DNA of 64,000 bases from Paraspadella gotoi. Its lineage: Eukaryota > Animalia > Chaetognatha. Of this stretch, positions 28,106-64,000 are shown piece after piece. The DNA is taken from positions 25,214,688 to 25,278,687 of the forward strand of contig CM119263.1 in NCBI GenBank assembly GCA_051294375.1. Direction: 5' to 3'. The notes under the pieces were generated by a model. That model was not told the DNA's origin. It searched no databases and saw only the letters and a list, made by a program, of their open reading frames with translations. Positions within the stretch are counted from its first letter, which is position 1. Each line of letters starts with the position of its first letter. A program made the position numbers and the translations under genes.

Positions 28106-31100
28106 CTTTCTCTCTCTCGCTCGTTTTGGCAGATTTTTTTGTAAAATTCAAGTTTATACGACTGTACTACTGCGTCCTGCCATTTTATCGGCCCCATTTT
28201 TGACCCCCGCATCCCCCGTCGCCGCCGTCGCCGCCGTCGCCCCTGCCGCACCTGCAGCAGCCTGTCTTTCCATCCCCGATCGCCTCTCGTCTCTCGCGGA
28301 TGATTCAACGTCCATGGAGAAAATCGTTCACGTGATCGGAACAACGACGACGACGACGACGACGACGACCGATCGAATTTTTGGCGCCGCGTCGCCGATT
28401 AGGCGTGATTCATGGTCTCGAGACGACCGCGCTGGTGGAGAGGGGGTAGTGGTTAGGGTGGTTGAGGGATTGGGGGGGCTTGAAGTCCCGCCATGGGGGC
28501 TCAGTCGGACGAATAAGGGATGTAAGGAAGGATTATGGGGACGGAGTCGGATTTGTTTTTTTCCGTCGCCAAACTGTTGCTCCGACCTCGACGACGACGA
28601 CGATAACGACGACGACGACGACGACGACGGCGGCCAAGGTGACTCACTCAACGACGGAGATGGAGACGTCAGTCTTTTGTTCTCTCGCGATTCTTTTGTC
28701 CAAAGGTGACGATTGAGAAATCGGCTCGAGGCAGATTTTTTGGGGGGACTTTTCTCCCCCCCCCCCTCCGCCCCCCATCCTCTCGTCCATCTTTTTATTT
28801 TTGATGGTGAAAAATATAGACCACAATGAAGCAGCAGTCCTCGTGACTGTTTCTAACAGGATGGACTCACGACAATGTCGATTAGGAGAAAATAATACAA
28901 CCGATGGCACCACACAAAATAATAACATAACACAGAGTAGCGCTTTAATTGTATCAGACATAATTTGGTTGTGGGTTCAACAAATGTTGAATTTACTTAA
29001 CTAATGTTTTAGTTGTTATAAACCTTCTAAAAAATGTTGATAGTGAAATGTCTGACACTTGACATTTGACAATAAAGAAAAGAGATAATAAGCAAGCATG
29101 CCTTTCGTTTTTCTTTCCTCCTGTTTCGCAATTTTGAAATCAAGAAATTTTCCTATGAGTCATATTTTAATAATAACCTAACGATTTTGAAACCACAAAA
29201 AAAAGTTCGATAAATCTAAAAAGATTATTTTACGTCAAAAGTCGAACGCTGGTGTTTTACAGAATCGCGATAAACCTCGTAAATCTAGACAAATCTTCGT
29301 ATTAAATCTTTCACGAATTTCTTCAAGTTTCTTCCCTCCTTCAACCTTTGTCTTTCAAGCTTGATAGGTTTTGCCGGCGTTTGGATTAAAATCGATAAAT
29401 TCGCTGATAATTGGAGAGATCAAGTTGACTAAGCGCTCATTGATAAATCATAAAATATTCTTGGGTTATTCTGAGGACAGAAAGAAAGGAAAACATGATT
29501 TTGTAAGATTCCGATGCGAGTAAGTTGAACCAAGATTGATGTACGTAGTAATTGTAACTTAAATATCTGCGTAAAAAAAATTCTTGATTATTTAGGACTG
29601 TCCAACTCAACATTACATTGCCGAATAAATTAACTCTATGAAAATTTTCGAATTTATATAATATTTTTGGCCCCCTTTCTGTGAGGTTGGAATCAATTTA
29701 ACATTCAAATTTACGAATCCTAGAAAACAACGAGAGAGCATCGGTTCGAGATAAAATATCGCCCGAAATTTTAACCGCATTGAAAATAGGGGATCATTCA
29801 TCCGAAGCATTCGACCGACAACGACGACAAAAACGACGATGATACAAAAAAAAAAAAAAAAAAAAGAGAGAAATCGCTAAAGACCGGTCGTTCGAGTTTT
29901 CCGGCAGCGATTTAATGCTTGAGAAGAAAGACTGCATTCCATGAAGACCGGATGAAAAGAGAGAAAGAGGGTGCGTCACTGAAAAATGCTTTATAACATT
30001 TTATCAAGTTTATTCAGTCTTACTCGGCATAAATCGTTTTTCGCGTCGTCTGGAAAGTTATGCATTTGATCAAAACTTTTTTATGAAGTCATCTAAAGGA
30101 ATTGTTTTGTTGTAAATAAGGGAAAATTCCGCTCAGATTGTATAATGTATATTTGAAAAAAGAAACAGAAAAGTAGAAAATTTACTCGTTAACGTATTCA
30201 ATTCCTAATTGATAAAAATATTTATGAAAAATATATCGAAACGGACCCAGTATAATATTCTAAAAAAACTAAATGGTAATCGAATAACTTTTGTTTCATA
30301 AGTTTTCCTCTCAATTTCGTAGGGGAAAGGAAATGAGTTGCAAAAGGGAATAAAAACGTTCAACAAATGAACAAGGAAGAGTTTAACTACGAAACAGTGT
30401 AACTTTTATTAGATGCAGTATTTGTTTTCTTATTAGGTTACCGGGGATATTTTCGTTTCAAAGAGAGAAAAGAGAAGTACAGAATACAGATTGTGAAGTT
30501 TAACATTCTTGTTTAAATACTCTCTTTTTATGATTCATTAATATGACCTATCTCGATACGATTAGTTAATATGAATTAAAGTAGACTCATAGTCAGCATT
30601 ATGCATTGTCCAATTTACTGTTTCTAAATTGCATTGTGTTTCTAAATTGCATAGTGTAAAATTACTGTGGCCCATGGTCCTCGGACCCGATGAATGAATA
30701 AATACAAATACAAAAAAATACAGTTTATATTTGTCATCTTTTCTTTAATACACCAAAAAATTATCAAAATACAGTAGTTTATTTTAATATAGTATATTTA
30801 GCTATAGGAATCGAAGATTGAATTTGAACTTAGTACATACCAGTATATATATTTTTAATTTTAACGGCAAATACGGAGCAATTGTTTTTAGTAAAAAATT
30901 TAACCGATTGGTACCGTTACTTTGTAATGCAGTTGTTTAAGATATAACAAAAGACAACTTGAAAATTAATATGGGTTTTAAGTAAAATATTCTGCCCTAA
31001 CTAATACTGCGACCCACGGTCTCCGCGGCCCCTCAATTGTAATATACCGTTAAACTGCTTTTAACTTAAATGTACATTTAATGTAATTTACAATTTTTTT

Positions 31101-32262
31101 TATTTTAGCTAGCTCTTATAATATTAACGAATGTATCTATAGTTCTGTTGAAAATAAAAAATATTAAATAATAATGACTTTTAGTAATTCGTTTCATTCA
31201 TTGGTACACCTGAAAAAACAGTAATAATTCACCGGCTGAGTAAGACTTTTCAGAAGCTAACATTTAAAACTTTTGAAAACTGGTAAAAAAAATTGTTGTG
31301 AGTTAATATTTTGAATAGAACTTTACAAAATCCCTATGCCTATAGCTTTACTATCTTAATTTTCGAATCAAGGGACTAGATTATTGAAGCAAAGATAAAA
31401 TTATATTTCATGACTACCTCATGTACATTTTGGCATATTCTTTACAGATATATAGGATTTTTATCTTGCTTTAACTTACAAAATTATTTTATGCCTTCAA
31501 TTATCATACACTCAGTACATAATTCTAATTCTAAATTGATTGAAGAAATTATACACCGAGAGACATATTTAAGGTATAACAATGAATACTAAACCGCACA
31601 GTATGTAAGGGAAATGCGTCTGCTAATTCAACAAAGTAACGTTTAAACACTAACCCGTCATTCAGGTGCATAGACAGGCATAGTAACTGATATCCATTAT
31701 TCATTCACAGTAAAACATACATTCTAACATTCACGATAAAAAGCTGATTCTTAATATTACTGGTAATTACTACAATTTTGCTCTGGATATCAGAAACTGT
31801 GACGAAAACTTAGAAAGAAAATAACATCACAAAATACAGTGATATCAATTTCCGTACAAGGGTAAACCTAAAGATGTTAGTATTCATCTGAAAATTTCTC
31901 CATCAATATTCAATAAGTTGTTAAGCAAAAAATAAAGTAACGTAAATAACTGATACAGCCTAGGAGGTTATCAAAAAACCTTTGTCTCAAAAAAAAAGGA
32001 AAACTATTGTAAAGAATTCAAGGTAAAAGGAATATTCATACAGTCAAAAAACCACAGAGAAAAATGGGCGACACAATAAGGGTAAAAAGTAGAATCAGTT
32101 TTGGCTAATTATCGATGCAAGGGGGAATTTACTGAAGAACGTTGAATGGTAATATGACAAGTTGATTGTTTGAAATGAGACTTTTTTTTATATCCGGTTT
32201 GTTTATTTTTTTGTTTTGTTTTCATGTTGTCGTATTTCTGGTTGTACCTAGTTCCGAAATGT

Positions 32263-60145
<27,883 letters not shown>

Positions 60146-60319
60146 GATAGAATCGGCGTTGGGAGCCGCTGCGAGGCTCGAGTCGTGGGGCGTGGGTCGA
60201 TGGCGGAGGGCTGCTGGACGGCGCCTGGTCGTAGGTAGAGAGGCGTTGGAGGGGAAGGGGGGTGAAAGAATTTTTGAGAAACTGGTAAGATACAAAAACT
60301 TTCACTGACTGGAGTTAGG

Positions 60320-60430
60320 AGGGGGTTTAGGATCAAGGGTGGTTTAAAGGTGGTTTAGGGTTAGAGTAATTAGGTCATAATTTTTTTAAATTTTTTTTAA
60401 AAATAAGTATTTTTAAGTGGTTTTTCAAAA
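60320..60430. repeat. Short dispersed-repeat fragment with degenerate TTAGGG units, related to 44912-45010 and 40120-40250
   Basis: ggtttagggttag...tatttttaagtggtttttca shared with 44912-45010. Confidence 0.6.
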
Positions 60431-61050
60431 GACGGCAAAAACCCCGGTCGGCGAAAATAACGTTTTACCGATTGACTTTAATTAAATCGTTTAATAGAAG
60501 ACTTGATAAGAAATTGGCACAACCAATATAATAATTATTCATTCATTCGATTAACAAGTTATCTGACCTCATCCTTCTTACAAGATAAAAAAAAAACTGC
60601 AAGCTTGAAATCAAGACTCTCTAGAATCTATGTTTTTTTTAGTATTTAAATATTTTTCATCTCCTTTCACTACTACATGAACGATAATTCATACGTTTGC
60701 ATTTTATCAGCTTGATTCGTTTTACAACGTTTCATTTAAAAGGCGCCTCGTTCCACAGTTTCGCGGCGTTTCTTTTGGCGCCTCGTACTTTTTTTGACAG
60801 CGTTTTTTTGGATTTCTCTTCTCTATCAACTACCGTCGCCTCTCTCTCTCGTCTCTCGTTTATTCTCATCTCTCTCTCTCTCTCTCTCCTCCTCTCTCTC
60901 TCTCTCTCTCTTCTCTGCTCGTCTCTCGTGTTTGTATAAGCTTTCTTTTCGAAAACCAACTAAAACGAGATCATAGACTCGAAAAACAAGGGAAAAGTCG
61001 ACCTCCGAACAATCCCCGTTTTAAATTTAAGGCATATCGAAGTTGGCCGG

Positions 61051-61094
<44 letters not shown>

Positions 61095-61309
61095 GAAAGA
61101 GAAAAAAATGCATATATTGAAAAGTTTAACAAAAAAATTTAGAGAAAAAAAATAAAACCAAAGGAATAATTTTTTTTTTTTTGGTAAAGAGTTGAAGATG
61201 CAGCTTCAATTTAGATAATAAAACTCAAAGGTATCAAATGCCAAAACGCAAGAGAGAAAGAAAAAAAATACCAGAAAAAAACCTCGACAAAATTTTGAGG
61301 CAAAAGAGG

Positions 61310-61340
<31 letters not shown>

Positions 61341-61341
61341 C

Positions 61342-61383
<42 letters not shown>

Positions 61384-61630
61384 CGGAAGGTGGAAACACA
61401 AAAGATAAAATATTTCAATTAACGTGGATCTAAACACAAGTGCGTGATAAAAGAATGGTTGACGGTTGTATTTCATTGATCGATTTCCGTCTCGAATCTG
61501 ACGACCGAACCCGAAAAAAAAAATGGAAAGGAGGCACAAAGGTTCGGCGATTGGGACGGACATCGGCTCGGGCGGGAAGGACGTTGCGCAGGGCAGGGAA
61601 TTCGGTAAACAGAGTTTTCTTTTCTGGACC

Positions 61631-61665
<35 letters not shown>

Positions 61666-62533
61666 GAGGAGAGAGAGATATGGGGGCGTAAGGGGGGGCA
61701 TAAGGATTTTACGCGATGAACGACCGCAAGGTTTAACTGGTTTCCGATTGTACGATTTCGCCAGTTTCAGGGTAAAAATCGGAGCGTATAACTGTCGATA
61801 CAAATTAAGATCGGTCTTATAAAGAGGGGCCGGAACTTTCGGGGTCAGGGTAGAGACATTTTGGGACAAGGTCGCGTTCGATAAGGACCGCAGGGGAGAG
61901 TCACGTGTCCTTAATTCTATCGGTTTTACTTAATCATGGAATTCGATGGATAACACCTAAGATCATAATAATGTTCGGTTGTCAGCGATTCAAGCCTATG
62001 AAGAGGTTTATACAGACAATCATGTAACATGGTTTTCAAACATTGAGTTTTTTCTGTCTACGAGATTCATTCTTATTTTAATTCAAAATCCTTTCCTCTG
62101 GAATGCTTAAAAGAGGCACAACATTGTTTAATGTCCAGGAGGAAACGCGCTTTAATAAGTAAACCGAATTCTTTTCATTTTTGATCTGATCTTTATATCG
62201 GATTTAACTGATAAGTCTGAACGAGCGGCAGGTGCCGGTTTTAATCAACTGTTTTCGGATTCTGTTTTTCCGTTCCAAGTAATTTCGCCCCCAAAATCTT
62301 TTTTTTCTTCAAGTGTACGTCCTTTGGAGTAAGACTAAATTACCAATGCAAGCCTTTTTAAAAAAAAACCCTTTGCTCTTGTTTACAACAATGTCTAATA
62401 CAGATTATTTTGGTAATTTCGACATCACTCGGGCGCGTTACGGCTTCATGCGTTACAGAGTGAAATATAAAAAAAGGAAAACCGAGTAGAATCTCCAAGA
62501 CGATTACTTCTCTCAATTTCTCCACGGACTTAC

Positions 62534-62623
62534 CGATACGGTTGACCACACGTCTGCCCGATGGGCGGTTTTCTCTTGCGATTTAAAAGTTTGTTCACAC
62601 ATAAACGATGGATTTTGTTAAAC
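62534..62623 (-). other. Candidate upstream (probably 5'UTR) exon of THAP-CtBP
   Basis: 90 nt bounded by AAACAG| and CG|GTAAGT on the minus strand; splice signals only. Confidence 0.3.
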
Positions 62624-62907
62624 CTGTTTTTTTTTAAGGTAAGTTCGTTCGATCACCGTCGCTTCCATCGTAGATGGAACCGATAAGTGATTTTTTCGTA
62701 ATCGAGTTTCCCTCGACGTCAGGTAACGTTAGGTAAGGGCGGTTTTGCGTCAAAAATTTCCTGCGCAAATCCACTGATAAACGGAACGAAAGAAAAAAAA
62801 GTGAGATATATCGAGAATGAATCTTTTTTTTTTTTTCCTTTTTCTTCCGAGAGAGAAACAAAGAAAGTAGCCACACAGAGTAGAATATACAGAGAGACTG
62901 AGAGACG

Positions 62908-62966
<59 letters not shown>

Positions 62967-62970
62967 AGAG

Positions 62971-63001
<31 letters not shown>

Positions 63002-63132
63002 AGAGAAAGAGATGAGTGAAATCTTCGGTGTAGCGCACAGAGATTCGCGGAAGAAAACGGCAAAAAAATCGCAGGGGCGTGGGATGGGAGGTGAGTGTGT
63101 GATGGAGAGAAGAGAGAGAGAGAGACGGAGAG

Positions 63133-63174
<42 letters not shown>

Positions 63175-64000
63175 GAGAGATCCCTGATATTTGATTGACG
63201 ATAGAATAAAACCTATTGATGAGCAGAAAGGAGAGAGCGAGAGAAAGAAAGAGAAAAACAGTGCAAAGAGGGAAGAGGATGATGATGAGGAGGAGGAGGC
63301 GAGGGAGGAGGAAGAAGAGAGGAGGGAGCGTGCTGCAGCGAAGAGGTGCATTGATTCGCAAAGGGAAGGGGGAGGAGAAGGAGGTTTTGAACTTGAAGAG
63401 AAAACTGAGGAAACAAGGCGCACCCTAGCATAAAAACGATCAGGACAGAGAAGAGAGGGAGAGATGAGAGAGAGAGAGAGAGAGAGGGCACATAGAGGAA
63501 CGATTTTCGTTTGAATAAGGAAATTCCGAAGACAATTTTTTAGGGGAAATCTTTCCGAGCCAACGACGATGACGACGATGACGGACGATGACGACGATGA
63601 CGACGACCAAGAGCCGGTTTTTTTGTCCGCCGGTTCAAGGATCTTCTCGTTGCCTGTTTTTTCTGGAAGATTTAATCTCGCAGAGTGCCTAGTTGTTTGT
63701 CAACACAGTTGGTTGTTGTTTGCAGTTGGCAAATTCAATCGGAAAGACTTGAAGAGCGCAAGTTTGCCGAAAAGAAAAATAAAATTCAATTTTTAAACCG
63801 CTTTATTGTAGTAGTTAGTTTTTAGTTAAATTGCTAATCTTTACGATGTTGGAAAATCTGACAAGCGAGAAAGATTTATCGAAGTTATAAAAAAATTGGG
63901 AAACTGATTAACATAAAACTTACAAATCAATTTTACTATTCAGCATTCATGTTAATTTTATAATTTAAATTTGGTATATGTAGATTCTAAGAGCACAATA

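Noticed and set aside
28002-28709. 235-aa plus-strand ORF
   Set aside because: Begins in a (CT)n tract and is padded by (GAC)n runs; no recognisable homology or splice support.

Overview
Animal (invertebrate) genomic scaffold, rich in microsatellites ((GA)n, (GAC)n, (CCTT)n) and N-gaps. Left third: an intronless DUSP10/puckered-type MAP-kinase phosphatase (6756-8240, +) amid AP-1/CRE sites. It lies in an ~11.5 kb block repeated in tandem across a 25-N gap; the indel-riddled second copy is probably a gap-filling artefact. Right half: one minus-strand gene of ~28 kb and 15 coding exons (60145->32263), assembled by hand with consistent splice phases. It is a CtBP corepressor fused to an N-terminal THAP zinc finger, the C. 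elegans CTBP-1a architecture, yet its core and C-terminus look like non-nematode protostome CtBP. The THAP domain is split over three exons by a 12 kb intron, so the ORF track misses it. Exon 13 has two same-phase GTAAGT donors. The proximal one gives the canonical tail. Running past it adds ~288 aa containing a codon-diverged (SRGPTPV)x4 repeat and ending in a TGA; the distal donor 22 nt later is in frame with the canonical tail (readthrough or NMD candidate). Intron 4 holds a degraded CRE-like non-LTR retrotransposon, MITE/foldback elements and large inverted repeats, some probably artefactual. Family assignments come from motif recognition by eye; no searches were run.
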